Source: Candidatus Woesearchaeota archaeon (GTDB lineage: Archaea > Nanobdellota > Nanobdellia > Woesearchaeales > GW2011-AR4). From it: DNA of 64,000 nt. The stretch covers positions 30,394-94,393 of the forward strand of contig JAGVXT010000023.1 of NCBI GenBank assembly GCA_018303655.1, written 5' to 3'. The notes beneath the pieces were generated by a model. The model was not told where the DNA came from, searched no databases, and saw only the letters and a list, made by a program, of their open reading frames with translations. Both the position numbers and the translations under genes were made by a program. This document shows positions 53,042-62,859 of this stretch, one piece after another (position 1 is the stretch's first letter; each line of letters opens with the position of its first letter).

Positions 53042-53784
53042 TATACTTTCATAAATTTTCTTAAAGTCATTGTGAATATTATTGAGAAAATGATGTAAGT
53101 TCCAAGCCATCCAAGCTTCCAGCCGAATAAGTTCAGTATCTTCCTTGAATTGTAGTCAATCTGAATTGATTTTATTGCGCCGCTTGTTTTTTTGATTGGC
53201 TCTATATATTTTTCAGCATTTGTTATTAATATGCTTTTTTGCTGTTTCTCATTGTTATAGGCAAATTCCAGAATATGCTCGCCTTCTTCTCCTTTTAATG
53301 TCCACGTTGCCTTGCCATTTTCAATTTTTTTATTTTTCTCATTAGTTATTTCTATTCCTTCAGTAATTATGATTTCCGCGTTTCCATCTGCATTCTTGTC
53401 AAAAAATGCGCTGATAGAAAACTCTTGATTTGGCTTGATGCTTTCATAGGCAAATGTCGAGCTCATCCAGCCGAATATCAATATTATGGGGATAAATGTG
53501 ATAATTGTCGGCTTTAAGGAATGCATCATGTACTTCATGTTAAGTTCCATTGCCTTTTTCTGCACTTCCATAGCCTTTGCAGGGTTACCTTTCAGTTCCT
53601 TTATCTGCTTTTGATAGTCTTTTATGTCATCTTTCAGCTTCTTCATCAAAGTCTGGTCAGTTGTGTATTTTGTTATGACTATTATTATTACAGAAACGAT
53701 AAATGACAGGATAATTACTACCCATAAAACAGGTAGCTTAAGCAAAGGCGCGAATATAATGTTCAGGAAATCGTAATATGCCAT
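53038..53784 (-). CDS. DUF106/EMC3-type (archaeal YidC/Oxa1-like) membrane insertase with extra extracytoplasmic insert
   Basis: TM1, a coiled region (LMKKLKDDIKDYQKQIKELKGNPAKAMEVQKKAMELNMKYM), TM2, a ~100-aa insert, then TM3. Occupies the conserved position downstream of secY. Confidence 0.7.
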   Translation of the reverse strand: MAYYDFLNIIFAPLLKLPVLWVVIILSFIVSVIIIVITKYTTDQTLMKKLKDDIKDYQKQIKELKGNPAKAMEVQKKAMELNMKYMMHSLKPTIITFIPIILIFGWMSSTFAYESIKPNQEFSISAFFDKNADGNAEIIITEGIEITNEKNKKIENGKATWTLKGEEGEHILEFAYNNEKQQKSILITNAEKYIEPIKKTSGAIKSIQIDYNSRKILNLFGWKLGWLGTYIIFSIIFTMTLRKFMKVY

Positions 53785-55200
53785 TTATCCGCCCATGAAC
53801 TTTCTCATCATCGGGTTCATGTCCATCATGTGCTGCTTTGATATGTCCTCATACAATCTGTAGACAATCATTACAGTAAGCAGAATTCCTGTTCCGCTGC
53901 TCAAAGCTCCTGTCAAATCAGCCAATGCCGCAAGAAAACCTACAGTTATTCCTCCCATAATTGTCAAAGGCCATATGTACCTGTTTAGCAATCTTTCAAG
54001 AACTCTCTCATCTTTCCTGAAGCCGGGAATCTGAAGCCCGCTTGAAATCATCTGCTTGGCCTGGGATTTTGCATCCATGCCTGCAGTCTGCACCCAGAAA
54101 AAGCTGAACATCACACTGCCTACAATAAAAAACAGCATGTAAACAAGAGCCTGCAGATAAGGCGAAATTCCAATAAGCACCGTATGCTGCTGGATTACAC
54201 TCCTTATTATGTCAGGTCCCTGCAGCCAGTAAACAAATCCGGATATTGGCTGCCCGCTTGAGGTACTAAAAGTGCCAAGCAAAGGCCATCCTATATTCTG
54301 CAGTAATCTCCCCCACAATTGAAAGTTTGCAATCAATGCAGCTACCAAAATAACAGGAATGTTTGAAGTGTAAATAAATGACAGAGGCCATCTGATTCCA
54401 TGCCCTCTTATCATGCCGAATGACAACGGAATCTCAACCTTCATTGACTGCGCATACACTGCAATAGCAAACACAAAGATAGTTGAAAGCAAAGCCGATA
54501 TCATTATCAGCGCTGTTGTTACATCACCACTGACAAGGCTCTGGAAGAATGCCGGCACAGCCCCTGATGAATATGTAACTCCAGCCAGGCCGCTTGGCCC
54601 GGGTAGCCAGTTAAATGCCTGTATGAAAAGGCTTTTGCTGACTCCTGCAGCTATAAACAGGCTTATTCCGCTGCCAAATCCCCACTTGCTTACAACCTCA
54701 TCCAAAAACATGATAAGCAAGCCGCCTAAAAACAGCTGGAATATCAAAATAAGCTGAAGCTGGAAATATAAGCCTGTTCCCCTGAACTGCTCAGTTGGCG
54801 CTAAGCCGCCTAAAAAAATGTATATTGCACTTTCAAAAATAATAAAAAACAATGACAAAAATTTCTGCGTACCTTGAAAACTTTTTTTGCCTTCTGGATT
54901 TGTTAAATCAAATTTCCATATGCCTGAGCCATTAAGCAGCTGCAATACTATAGAGGCTGTTACTATGGGACCTATGCCAAGCGATATCAATGAGCCGAAT
55001 TCTGCCCCCAATATTATTGACAGTGTCTCAAATCTCTGCAAAGCATTTATTCCCAATCCAAACAATGGCATCAATCCCAAGACAAAGAATATCACCAAGA
55101 CAATGCCTGTCCATTTTAATTTCTCGCGAAAAGAAAGGAATTTTTGCGTAGGTCCTTCAACTTCCGGAAGGTTTGAGATAATATTTTTCCAAAGGGACAT
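53785..55200 (-). CDS. secY: preprotein translocase subunit SecY
   Basis: 471 aa, 10 TM helices, at the conserved position at the end of the spc cluster. Confidence 0.9.
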   Translation of the reverse strand: MSLWKNIISNLPEVEGPTQKFLSFREKLKWTGIVLVIFFVLGLMPLFGLGINALQRFETLSIILGAEFGSLISLGIGPIVTASIVLQLLNGSGIWKFDLTNPEGKKSFQGTQKFLSLFFIIFESAIYIFLGGLAPTEQFRGTGLYFQLQLILIFQLFLGGLLIMFLDEVVSKWGFGSGISLFIAAGVSKSLFIQAFNWLPGPSGLAGVTYSSGAVPAFFQSLVSGDVTTALIMISALLSTIFVFAIAVYAQSMKVEIPLSFGMIRGHGIRWPLSFIYTSNIPVILVAALIANFQLWGRLLQNIGWPLLGTFSTSSGQPISGFVYWLQGPDIIRSVIQQHTVLIGISPYLQALVYMLFFIVGSVMFSFFWVQTAGMDAKSQAKQMISSGLQIPGFRKDERVLERLLNRYIWPLTIMGGITVGFLAALADLTGALSSGTGILLTVMIVYRLYEDISKQHMMDMNPMMRKFMGG

Positions 55201-55242
55201 TTTTAATGATTAGATTAAATTATTTTTAAATTTATTGAAAAT

Positions 55243-55698
55243 TTACTCATTAGCCACTAAGCCACTTACTTCCCCGCCTGCTTCTTTGACTTTCTCCACA
55301 GCTGTTTTAGAAGCGTAAGGGGTTTTGATTTTAAGTTTTGTTGATATTCTTCCGTCCCCGAGCAGTTTGTTGTATCCAAGCTTTTCAAGGTCTACAATGT
55401 AGAAATCGTTTTCTTTTTTTATTGTGTTATTTAACAAAAATCTGATGATATGCTGCTCCAAAAAGTTGATGTTAACCGCATTAATCTTTACTTTTGGAGT
55501 CTTGCTTACAAACCCATATTTTCCAAAATAATTTTTATCTTTCCATATGCTTGGCTTTTTTGAATCTGCTCTTTTGCCGGTGCCGGCCATTCCTCTTCCT
55601 CCGCGATTGCCCTGCCCCCTGTGCTTTTTCTTTGCACCCCATCCATGGGTCATAGAGCCTCTCTGCCTGTCATTCTTCTTTCGTTTGTTGACTGTCAT
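55243..55698 (-). CDS. rpl15: ribosomal protein uL15
   Basis: RQRGSMTHGWGAKKKHRGQGNRGGRGMAGTGKR. Confidence 0.9.
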   Translation of the reverse strand: MTVNKRKKNDRQRGSMTHGWGAKKKHRGQGNRGGRGMAGTGKRADSKKPSIWKDKNYFGKYGFVSKTPKVKINAVNINFLEQHIIRFLLNNTIKKENDFYIVDLEKLGYNKLLGDGRISTKLKIKTPYASKTAVEKVKEAGGEVSGLVANE

Positions 55699-55724
55699 TG
55701 TCTTTAGATTTTATTTTAATTGTT

Positions 55725-56183
55725 TCAAACCATCCTCTTAATCAGGTCATTTATCTTCTCTCCCCTGTAGCCAAGGGCTCCGCCGCTTGTGAACGGATTC
55801 TTGATTCCTTTTCTTCCAAACCCTTTTCTTGGGGCGTTTAAGCGGAAATACTTCTTTATTTTCCTGTTGTTGATGACAACAAAATCATTGTACTTTATTT
55901 TTCCTTTTGAATCTGTTTCCTTTCCCTTAAATTCTTCTCCTCTTTTCTCAACAAGCGTGTTGAAAGTCTCGTCATCAATCTCCCCCCATGTGATGTAGTC
56001 TTTTGCCCTCTTCAGCATGCCTGCATATACTGGCATGTTTGGAACCACGCAGCAGTAATTCTTTTTGTACAGCCTTAGCATTCTTAGATTGTCTTCTATC
56101 TTAGTTCTTATTTCTGTCAATCCCCTTACCCTTATGGCTGCCAATCTTTTGCTTGTGTCAGTTTTTGCTGCTTGATGTTCCAT
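55725..56183 (-). CDS. rpl30: ribosomal protein uL30
   Basis: LAAIRVRGLTEIRTKIEDNLRMLRLYKKNYC. Confidence 0.9.
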   Translation of the reverse strand: MEHQAAKTDTSKRLAAIRVRGLTEIRTKIEDNLRMLRLYKKNYCCVVPNMPVYAGMLKRAKDYITWGEIDDETFNTLVEKRGEEFKGKETDSKGKIKYNDFVVINNRKIKKYFRLNAPRKGFGRKGIKNPFTSGGALGYRGEKINDLIKRMV

Positions 56184-56184
56184 T

Positions 56185-57069
56185 TTAAATTACTCCTTTT
56201 GAAGAGCCTTCAATAATACCCAGAGTTTCCTCATTTTTCTGGCTTAGCTTGAACTGCATCAGGTTTTTAAGGGCTTCAAAGCACGCATACAACAAGTTGA
56301 GTTTGCTTCTGGTTTGACCCTCTGTCCTTGACCACACGTCTTTGATGCCTGCCAATTTCAAGATTTTCTGACATTCCTTCTCAACTTTCAATCCAGTTCC
56401 TTTTGGAGCCGGAATTAGCATGATTTCCACTGAGCCGTATTTGCCTCTTACCTTGAAAGGCACTGTGTGCGCATCTCCACACCCACATCTCCAGTTACCG
56501 CATCCTCTCCTTATTTTTATCACATTTAGCTTTGCTTGCCTGATTGCCTTTTCCCTTGCAGGAACTGTTTCCTTTGATTTTCCATATCCAACGCCAATGT
56601 ACCCGTCTTCATTTCCCACAGCTGCGAAAGTGCCAAAATTTGGCTTGTTGCCCTCTTGGGTCTTTTTTTGGGTTTGCTTGAATACCCTTTTCTGCCCTCC
56701 GCCGAATTTTCCTTTTGCCTGACCTACCATCAGTAACTCAGTTGAGAGATTAGGCAGCAAAGCATCCACTATCTCCGGCTCGAGCACCTTTATTCTCTGG
56801 TCCAGCACGTATGAAATATTGTTTACAACTCCATTTTTTACATTTATTCCGAGAGATGTTTTTGGCTTCCATGCACCTTTTTCAAAAGCGCCTTTCTTTT
56901 TGACTTCCTCAACTATCTCTTCTTCAAGCTCCTTTACTTCGCCAAGCTCGACTGCTAATCCTTCTTTTGGCTTCTCAATTATTGCTTCTTCTTCCTGCAA
57001 ATCCTCAACTTTCTCAACTTCTTTTTCTTCTTTCATTTCAGCTTTTTCTTCGGTTTTCTTTTTAGCCAT
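56185..57069 (-). CDS. rps5: ribosomal protein uS5 with ~60-aa acidic N-terminal extension
   Basis: Core GNEDGYIGVGYGKSKETVPAREKAI ... IPAPKGTGL, with an N-terminal KEEKEVEKVEDLQEEEAIIE segment. Confidence 0.9.
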   Translation of the reverse strand: MAKKKTEEKAEMKEEKEVEKVEDLQEEEAIIEKPKEGLAVELGEVKELEEEIVEEVKKKGAFEKGAWKPKTSLGINVKNGVVNNISYVLDQRIKVLEPEIVDALLPNLSTELLMVGQAKGKFGGGQKRVFKQTQKKTQEGNKPNFGTFAAVGNEDGYIGVGYGKSKETVPAREKAIRQAKLNVIKIRRGCGNWRCGCGDAHTVPFKVRGKYGSVEIMLIPAPKGTGLKVEKECQKILKLAGIKDVWSRTEGQTRSKLNLLYACFEALKNLMQFKLSQKNEETLGIIEGSSKGVI

Positions 57070-57640
57070 TTATCTTTACCTTTATTTCATTAAAGTGTTT
57101 TACAATATCTGCCGGGTTGAGTCCTTTTTTCAAATAATTGGAAAACTGCCTTTTGTAGGTTTGCTCATTTTTTTCAAGGTGCTGCGCGTATTTTGCAATA
57201 TGCTCTCCTGAAATTCTGTCTTTTGATGGGAGCACTTCCGGGTTAAATGGTATGCTTAATCCAGCGTCCACTGCGCCTGCAAGCGCAGCATACCGTCTTG
57301 AGCCCTTTGTGGAATTGTGGAATCCCAGGTCAAGCACAGCTTCTTTTATTCCCTTTTCAAGAGCCTTTTTTCCTGCAAGAGCCCCTATCAGGTACGCACT
57401 TGGGATGTTTCCATTGTCACCCTTCCAGCCGAGCTTTGCCAGTGCCTTTGAGTCAACTGTGAACAGAACTTTGTCGCCTTTTGCGCTGTACTCTATGACT
57501 GATGCCTGAAAGTTCTTTAATGAGCTTCTGACTACAAATCTTGACTTGTTGGACATCAGCATCCTCAGCCTTTTCCTGTAATAGGTTCTTCCCTGCCTCT
57601 TCCTTCTGAAAGGCACGTTGAAAACATTATTTTCTCTCAT
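57062..57640 (-). CDS. rpl18: ribosomal protein uL18
   Basis: FRRKRQGRTYYRKRLRMLMSNKSRFVVRSSLKN. Confidence 0.9.
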   Translation of the reverse strand: MRENNVFNVPFRRKRQGRTYYRKRLRMLMSNKSRFVVRSSLKNFQASVIEYSAKGDKVLFTVDSKALAKLGWKGDNGNIPSAYLIGALAGKKALEKGIKEAVLDLGFHNSTKGSRRYAALAGAVDAGLSIPFNPEVLPSKDRISGEHIAKYAQHLEKNEQTYKRQFSNYLKKGLNPADIVKHFNEIKVKING

Positions 57641-58082
57641 TTTTTACAAGACCCCTCTCATTTACATACAGGCTTAAGTGCCTTAAGCTTCTGAAAAATC
57701 CGCTTTTGCTTTTCATGTAAAGCTCGTGATAAGCCGCGCTTGTGATCGTATTTTTGTCCCTTAGTGATTTTATAAAGCCTCTTTGCAACCTTATCTTATT
57801 CATCCATGTCCTCTTTGGATTCAGCCTTGCTGTCTTTTTCCCTTTCCTTGAGCCAAACCCCTTTTGCTTGCCATAGCTTTTTTGTTCCTTTCTCTTTCTG
57901 GCCCAGAACCTTGATGTGTTAAGCAGCCTTTTTTTTGATATTACTCCCTCGCCTATTAATGACCTGATGTCTGTTTTTGTTATTGCTTCCTTTATGTCCT
58001 CAAGCCTGTCTGGATCAAACCTTACCCTGTTCCTGCCGCATTTTAATATCTGCGCTGCCAGCCTTTTTTGCACATTAAGCAT
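57627..58082 (-). CDS. rpl19e: ribosomal protein eL19
   Basis: LNVQKRLAAQILKCGRNRVRFDPDRLEDIKEAITK. Confidence 0.9.
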   Translation of the reverse strand: MLNVQKRLAAQILKCGRNRVRFDPDRLEDIKEAITKTDIRSLIGEGVISKKRLLNTSRFWARKRKEQKSYGKQKGFGSRKGKKTARLNPKRTWMNKIRLQRGFIKSLRDKNTITSAAYHELYMKSKSGFFRSLRHLSLYVNERGLVKNERK

Positions 58083-58084
58083 TT

Positions 58085-58666
58085 TTATGTCCTTTTTGTC
58101 AGGATTTTATCCTGTTCTTTCTTTTCAATTTCTTTTTTGTCTTTGTCGCTTAATTCTGTATTTTCTTTTGATTTTTCTGATTCGACTTTTGCCTTTGTTT
58201 CTTTCTCTTTCTTAACTTCCTCTTTTTTTGCTTCAGGAGCTTTCTTCTTTTTGGAGCTGATGAAATCTTCAATTTTTTTGATTTGCTCGTCAATATTCAA
58301 ATTCAAGATGTTGATGTTGAGTTCCTTTGCTTTTTTGAATACCTCCAGTCTTTTTTTCATGCCTGTGGCTTTTGCCACGATGATTCCTTCCTTGTCCCTG
58401 TTGATTTTTTTAAGTTCGCCTATTGAGTGCACATTAACAATCTCCAGTCCGCTTGAGTGCAATCCCTTTACTTCTGCCGGCGACTTGTAGCCCGGAGAGG
58501 GCATCTTCCTCCTGCCCTTGAACTTGTGCCTGATTTTTGAGTGTATGCCTTTTGGCTTGCGCCATTTGTCATTTACTTTCATCCTTTTTGGATTGTCCTG
58601 CCTGATAAAATCTGGCTTCCTTTCCTTGATCTCTTTCCTGATTTCCAAAAGGTTTTGAATGCTCAT
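58085..58666 (-). CDS. rpl32e: ribosomal protein eL32 with Lys/Glu-rich C-terminal extension
   Basis: KWRKPKGIHSKIRHKFKGRRKMPSPGYKSP core, then a SSKKKKAPEAKKEEVKKEKETKAK... tail. Confidence 0.9.
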   Translation of the reverse strand: MSIQNLLEIRKEIKERKPDFIRQDNPKRMKVNDKWRKPKGIHSKIRHKFKGRRKMPSPGYKSPAEVKGLHSSGLEIVNVHSIGELKKINRDKEGIIVAKATGMKKRLEVFKKAKELNINILNLNIDEQIKKIEDFISSKKKKAPEAKKEEVKKEKETKAKVESEKSKENTELSDKDKKEIEKKEQDKILTKRT

Positions 58667-58672
58667 TTTATC

Positions 58673-59239
58673 TTACTTTAAATCTCTCCCGTCTTTGTTT
58701 ATGATATAAATTCCGTCCTGGAAAATTCTGGTGTCAAAGCCCGGCCTTCTTGTCAATTGCTCTATATCTGCGCTTGTTTGGCCTGCAATTTCCTTGCTTG
58801 CGCTTGCAACATGTATTAAATCACCTTCAATCTTCACATCAGCGCCGTGCTTCAGCTGCAGGACTCTTGACACCTTTTCTCCGAGAAAATTTTTAACAAT
58901 GAACTTGCTGCCGGACATACTTACATTCATTGGAAAGTGCCCTGAGCATATTTTAAGAATATAAACATGGTTCTGCATGCTGCCTCTTATCATGTTTTTG
59001 ACATGAGCTGCCAGCGACCCAATTATTTTTTTGTCTTTTTTCGTTCCTCTTTTGGATTCAAGTGTAATCTTTTTGTTTTCTATTTTGATTGAAATATTGT
59101 GCTGGTTGATTTTCCTGTTGGATTCACCTTGGGGACCCTTGATTAATAAAATCTGATTATTAATCGATGCGCTTACACTGTCATCTAGATCTATATTCTT
59201 GGTTATTTTCCCATTGCTTCCGGATTTTCTTTTTTCCAT
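58673..59239 (-). CDS. rpl6: ribosomal protein uL6
   Basis: Two-repeat uL6 pattern at the conserved position between uS8 and eL32. Confidence 0.85.
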   Translation of the reverse strand: MEKRKSGSNGKITKNIDLDDSVSASINNQILLIKGPQGESNRKINQHNISIKIENKKITLESKRGTKKDKKIIGSLAAHVKNMIRGSMQNHVYILKICSGHFPMNVSMSGSKFIVKNFLGEKVSRVLQLKHGADVKIEGDLIHVASASKEIAGQTSADIEQLTRRPGFDTRIFQDGIYIINKDGRDLK

Positions 59240-59629
59240 TTAATAGCAATAGGCCAAAAGCCTTCCTCCTGTTTTTTTTGATTTGGCATCGTAATGGGTC
59301 ATGATTCCCCTTGGGGTTGATACAAATAGTATCCCTATGTCCTTTGCCGGCAGATACCTTGTTTCAAATGCTTCAAATTCGTTGCTTTTGACGCTGTACC
59401 TTGGCTTTATCACGCCGCACTTGTTTATGTTTCCTGTCAAAGTCAGCGTTATGTAATTGCCCCTGCTGTCTTCTGTTTCCTTGAACTCCCCGACATAGCT
59501 GTTTTCTTTCATTACCCTTAAAAGTTCCTTTATTATTTTTGAAACAGGCTTTATCAAACAGTCTGATTTGCCGATTAGCTCATTGTTCAATATTAATGAC
59601 ATCACGTTTGCCAATGGGTCGTTTAACAT
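59240..59629 (-). CDS. rps8: ribosomal protein uS8
   Basis: MLNDPLANVMSLILNNE ... GGRLLAYCY. Confidence 0.9.
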   Translation of the reverse strand: MLNDPLANVMSLILNNELIGKSDCLIKPVSKIIKELLRVMKENSYVGEFKETEDSRGNYITLTLTGNINKCGVIKPRYSVKSNEFEAFETRYLPAKDIGILFVSTPRGIMTHYDAKSKKTGGRLLAYCY

Positions 59630-59642
59630 TTTTGTCTTTACC

Positions 59643-59873
59643 TCAACTGTATTTTTTGAATCCTAAGCTTGTTGCTATTTCCCTGAAGCATGTCCTGCAA
59701 ACCCCCAGCCCATATTTGCTTATGTGTCCTCCGGGCCTGCCGCAGCGCCTGCATTTTTTTGTTGCTCTTCCGTATTTTCTCGGCTTTGGGGCATTGTGTT
59801 TTATGTATTTCTGCATCTTGACAGGCTTTGATTTCAGCTGCTTGAACACTTTCCTGTAGTCGCTGTAGGTCAT
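59643..59873 (-). CDS. rps14: ribosomal protein uS14 (zinc type)
   Basis: [25 protein letters not shown]. The 76-aa ORF abuts the uL5 stop; an internal ATG at 59816 would give the usual ~57 aa. Confidence 0.85.
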   Translation of the reverse strand: MTYSDYRKVFKQLKSKPVKMQKYIKHNAPKPRKYGRATKKCRRCGRPGGHISKYGLGVCRTCFREIATSLGFKKYS

Positions 59874-60392
59874 CTACTCAGCCTCCACTTTTGTATTGAA
59901 ATTGCTTGCCATGAAGTCTATTGCTTCCTGCTTGGATATCCTGTGCCTTAACGGTATTTTTCTCTGCAGCAATTTTCGCCTCTTGATTCTGAAGCCCGGC
60001 CTTTCAAGAGTCACGCAGACCTCAAGCCCCATTATGCCGATTTTTGGATCATATTTTACACCAGGGATCTCTATGTATTCGTGGATTCCAAAAGCGATGT
60101 TGCCGTTTTGATCAAATTGCCTTTCCATAAGCTTGTTTTCAACAGCTTCCAGCAATCTTGGAAGTATTTTAATTATATTTGCTTTTCTTAAGGTGAGCTT
60201 GCAGCCTATTGGCAATCCTGGCCTAAGCCCCCATTCCTGGATTCTTTTGCTTGTTATTGTTTTTATAGGAGTTGTGTTGGTGATTGCCTTGAGCAGCATT
60301 ATTCCTTTCTCTAGCCTTGCCTGATCTTTGCCAGCGCCGATATTCAATGTTACTTTCTCTACCTTGATGTTTTTCATATTGTGCATCTTCAT
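59874..60392 (-). CDS. rpl5: ribosomal protein uL5
   Basis: IKVEKVTLNIGAGK ... GLEVCVTLERPGFRIKRR. Confidence 0.9.
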   Translation of the reverse strand: MKMHNMKNIKVEKVTLNIGAGKDQARLEKGIMLLKAITNTTPIKTITSKRIQEWGLRPGLPIGCKLTLRKANIIKILPRLLEAVENKLMERQFDQNGNIAFGIHEYIEIPGVKYDPKIGIMGLEVCVTLERPGFRIKRRKLLQRKIPLRHRISKQEAIDFMASNFNTKVEAE

Positions 60393-61078
60393 CCAAGAGT
60401 GATTGATGTATTGCTGTCCCCAACAACAAAAGCGTACTTCTTTGAGGTTTCAATCAAATCCCCTTTTGAGTCTTTGTAGATTACCTTGTCTTCAACAATA
60501 TTTTCAACATTGCCAATTTCCCCTATGTGCTTTCCGCCTGCCAAAAATATTGTTGAGTTCTTGCCAAGCTTAATGTGCTTGCTTATTTTATCCTGGGGCA
60601 ATGCCAGCAGCAGAGTGTCGCCTACCTTGTATGTGCCATCATCAGCGAATATGTTCTTGCCATCGAATAAGTTTAACTGAAGTTTTCCCCTTACCATTGT
60701 CTTTCCTATAATTTTGCAGGGTTTTAGCAAAGCCTCTTCCTTCTTTATCTTTATTATGCCCAGCTTGCCCTTTTTGTTTAGCACAATCCTGAAAAATTCG
60801 TTTGTGTTTGTGAACTCAATTGTATCAAAAATGCCGACAGGAAATCTAAAATTTTTTCTTGTTTTTCCGTCTATTTTGATGTCATTGGTATTCAGGATTT
60901 TTTTTGCCTCTCTTGTTGTGACTGCGTAATTCAGGATTTCTTTAAGCAGTATGTTAAGGGATGTTCCTGTCTCCAGGCTGTGCGGCCCTGGCATGGGCTT
61001 TGTTATATATTTGATTTTCTTTCTCTTTACGTGCCATGTTTTTGGCGCTGCCAATCTTTTAATGTGGTCTTTGCCCAT
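60389..61078 (-). CDS. rps4e: ribosomal protein eS4
   Basis: GKDHIKRLAAPKTWHVKRK, followed by S4 and KOW segments. Confidence 0.9.
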   Translation of the reverse strand: MGKDHIKRLAAPKTWHVKRKKIKYITKPMPGPHSLETGTSLNILLKEILNYAVTTREAKKILNTNDIKIDGKTRKNFRFPVGIFDTIEFTNTNEFFRIVLNKKGKLGIIKIKKEEALLKPCKIIGKTMVRGKLQLNLFDGKNIFADDGTYKVGDTLLLALPQDKISKHIKLGKNSTIFLAGGKHIGEIGNVENIVEDKVIYKDSKGDLIETSKKYAFVVGDSNTSITLG

Positions 61079-61079
61079 T

Positions 61080-61457
61080 TTATTTTCTCTCCAATGCTTT
61101 CTGCCTCATTTTGTCATCCAAGTTTAATTCTGTGATTATCAAGTTTGAGGGGTGCAGCGCAAGCTGTTTTTTTGTCCCGTCTCTTTTTGTGAGCTCTGCC
61201 CCGCTGACAAAAACCCTTGTTTTTTTAAGGTCGACCCTTTCAATCTTTCCTTCATGCTTTTTGAATTTGCCATGCATTATTTTTACCTTGTCTCCTTTTC
61301 TTACTCCAGCGCTTCTCTTGCCATATTTCTTCCTCAAGTCTTTTGAGATGTGTGATTGAATGAATTTTTGCTTGATGTGCAACGGAGCATTTAACCTGTA
61401 TTTTCTCTGTTTTCTCGGCTTCCTGCTGCTTTTCCACATGCTTGAAAATTTTTCCAT
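61080..61457 (-). CDS. rpl24: ribosomal protein uL24
   Basis: KOW motif GDKVKIMHGKFKKHEGKI. Start set at the ATG at 61457 to avoid overlap with rpl14. Confidence 0.85.
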   Translation of the reverse strand: MEKFSSMWKSSRKPRKQRKYRLNAPLHIKQKFIQSHISKDLRKKYGKRSAGVRKGDKVKIMHGKFKKHEGKIERVDLKKTRVFVSGAELTKRDGTKKQLALHPSNLIITELNLDDKMRQKALERK

Positions 61458-61465
61458 ATTAATCC

Positions 61466-61867
61466 CTAAACCACTATGCTGGCTATTTTTGCGATTGCCG
61501 GCCACCTCTCGCATGCCTCTTTTGCAATTGCCCCCTTGAATATCGTGCCCTTTGGATTTCCTTTGTTGTCTTTAAGCACAACTGCTGAGTTGTCCTCAAA
61601 TTTTATTCTTGTCCCGTCCACCCTTCTATATTCCTTTTTCTGCCTCACAATAACCGCAAACACAACCTGTTTTCTGATATCGGGCCTGCCGCTTAGCACA
61701 GACGCCATAACCAGGTCACCAACTCCACAGCTTGATATCCTTCCCTTGACTGTTTTTGATCCCACAACAGTAAAAATTCTGATTATCTTTGCCCCGGAGT
61801 TGTCGCATGTCTCAAGTCTGCACCCTACTGGAAGGGCCTTTGTGACTCTAGATTTGATTGGCTGCAT
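61466..61867 (-). CDS. rpl14: ribosomal protein uL14
   Basis: RLETCDNSGAKIIRIFTV ... GTRIKFEDNSAV. Confidence 0.9.
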   Translation of the reverse strand: MQPIKSRVTKALPVGCRLETCDNSGAKIIRIFTVVGSKTVKGRISSCGVGDLVMASVLSGRPDIRKQVVFAVIVRQKKEYRRVDGTRIKFEDNSAVVLKDNKGNPKGTIFKGAIAKEACERWPAIAKIASIVV

Positions 61868-62300
61868 TTATTTCTCCTTTGGATTTAACTTCATCTTCTG
61901 TTTTTGCTGTTATCTTTATTTTTCCAGATTCCCTTGCTTCCATTTTCTCCTTGAATCCTTTCTCAATACCTATATTTTCTATGATGACAAAATTCTTAGT
62001 TTTGCTGAGGGGCCTGCATTCCATGATCCTCACTATGTTCCCGTCTTTTGCATTGATGCATTCCGGATTGTGCACTTTTAATTTCGTCCTTCTTTTTTCG
62101 TATCTCTCATATTTTTTCAGAAAGTGCAGCCTGTTGAACTCTATCACTGCTGTCTTCCTCATCTTTGTTGAGACAACTATGCCAGTGAACTGCCTTCCCC
62201 TGATGCTTAAATTGCCATGAAACGGGCATGCTGTGCTGCTGCATTTCTGCTTTGGCGCTTCCAGTGCAATTCCTATATTTCTTGATTCTGTTTTTGCCAT
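61848..62300 (-). CDS. rps17: ribosomal protein uS17 with charged C-terminal extension
   Basis: CPFHGNLSIRGRQFTGIVVSTKMRKTAVIE ... ECRPLSKTK core, plus a ~40-aa tail. Confidence 0.9.
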   Translation of the reverse strand: MAKTESRNIGIALEAPKQKCSSTACPFHGNLSIRGRQFTGIVVSTKMRKTAVIEFNRLHFLKKYERYEKRRTKLKVHNPECINAKDGNIVRIMECRPLSKTKNFVIIENIGIEKGFKEKMEARESGKIKITAKTEDEVKSKGEINAANQI

Positions 62301-62320
62301 TTTAGTGATATTCTGAAAAT

Positions 62321-62629
62321 TTATCTTATTTCAACGCTGCTTGGGGCAAATCCGTGCCTAATCAAAATTTTTTTTGCCTTTTGCTTGTGCTCGCCCTGAA
62401 GCTCTATTTTTCCGCCCTTTGTTGTGCCGCCGCACGCAAGCTCTGATTTAAGCTTCTTCGCCAGGTCCTTCAGGTCTATTTCCTTCTCGTCAATGCCTTC
62501 AACAATGGTGTAAAATTTGTTGAATTTTTTCTTCTCAACATAGACCAGTATTTTCTGGCTTTCTTTTGCTATAGTCTCGCATACACACAGCTCTTTCACC
62601 AAGCCGCAAATCTGGCATATTTCACTCAT
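62321..62629 (-). CDS. translation initiation factor aSUI1 (eIF1 homolog)
   Basis: N-terminal CQICG...CVC zinc knuckle and a SUI1 fold pattern (KFYTIVEGI ... LKSELACGGT). Confidence 0.85.
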   Translation of the reverse strand: MSEICQICGLVKELCVCETIAKESQKILVYVEKKKFNKFYTIVEGIDEKEIDLKDLAKKLKSELACGGTTKGGKIELQGEHKQKAKKILIRHGFAPSSVEIR

Positions 62630-62859
62630 TCCTTTTTACTTCCTCCTTTGTTTTGTTTTTTGCTTTTGATGTGTGCCTTCTCATTATTTATGCTTAATAT
62701 CTTTGCAATTGTTCTTTTTATCTCCCTTACCTTGCCTGGGCTTTTTGGCACAGTTCCTGTTGCAATCTGCGAATTGATCTTCATTAATTCCTTTTTCAGG
62801 TCAGCCAGCTTGATGCTGGTGTCCAATTCATTCATCAGCCTTAGTTCCTTCGCTTTCAT
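62626..62859 (-). CDS. rpl29: ribosomal protein uL29
   Basis: MKAKELRLMNELDTSIKLADLKKELMKINSQIATG. Confidence 0.9.
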   Translation of the reverse strand: MKAKELRLMNELDTSIKLADLKKELMKINSQIATGTVPKSPGKVREIKRTIAKILSINNEKAHIKSKKQNKGGSKKE

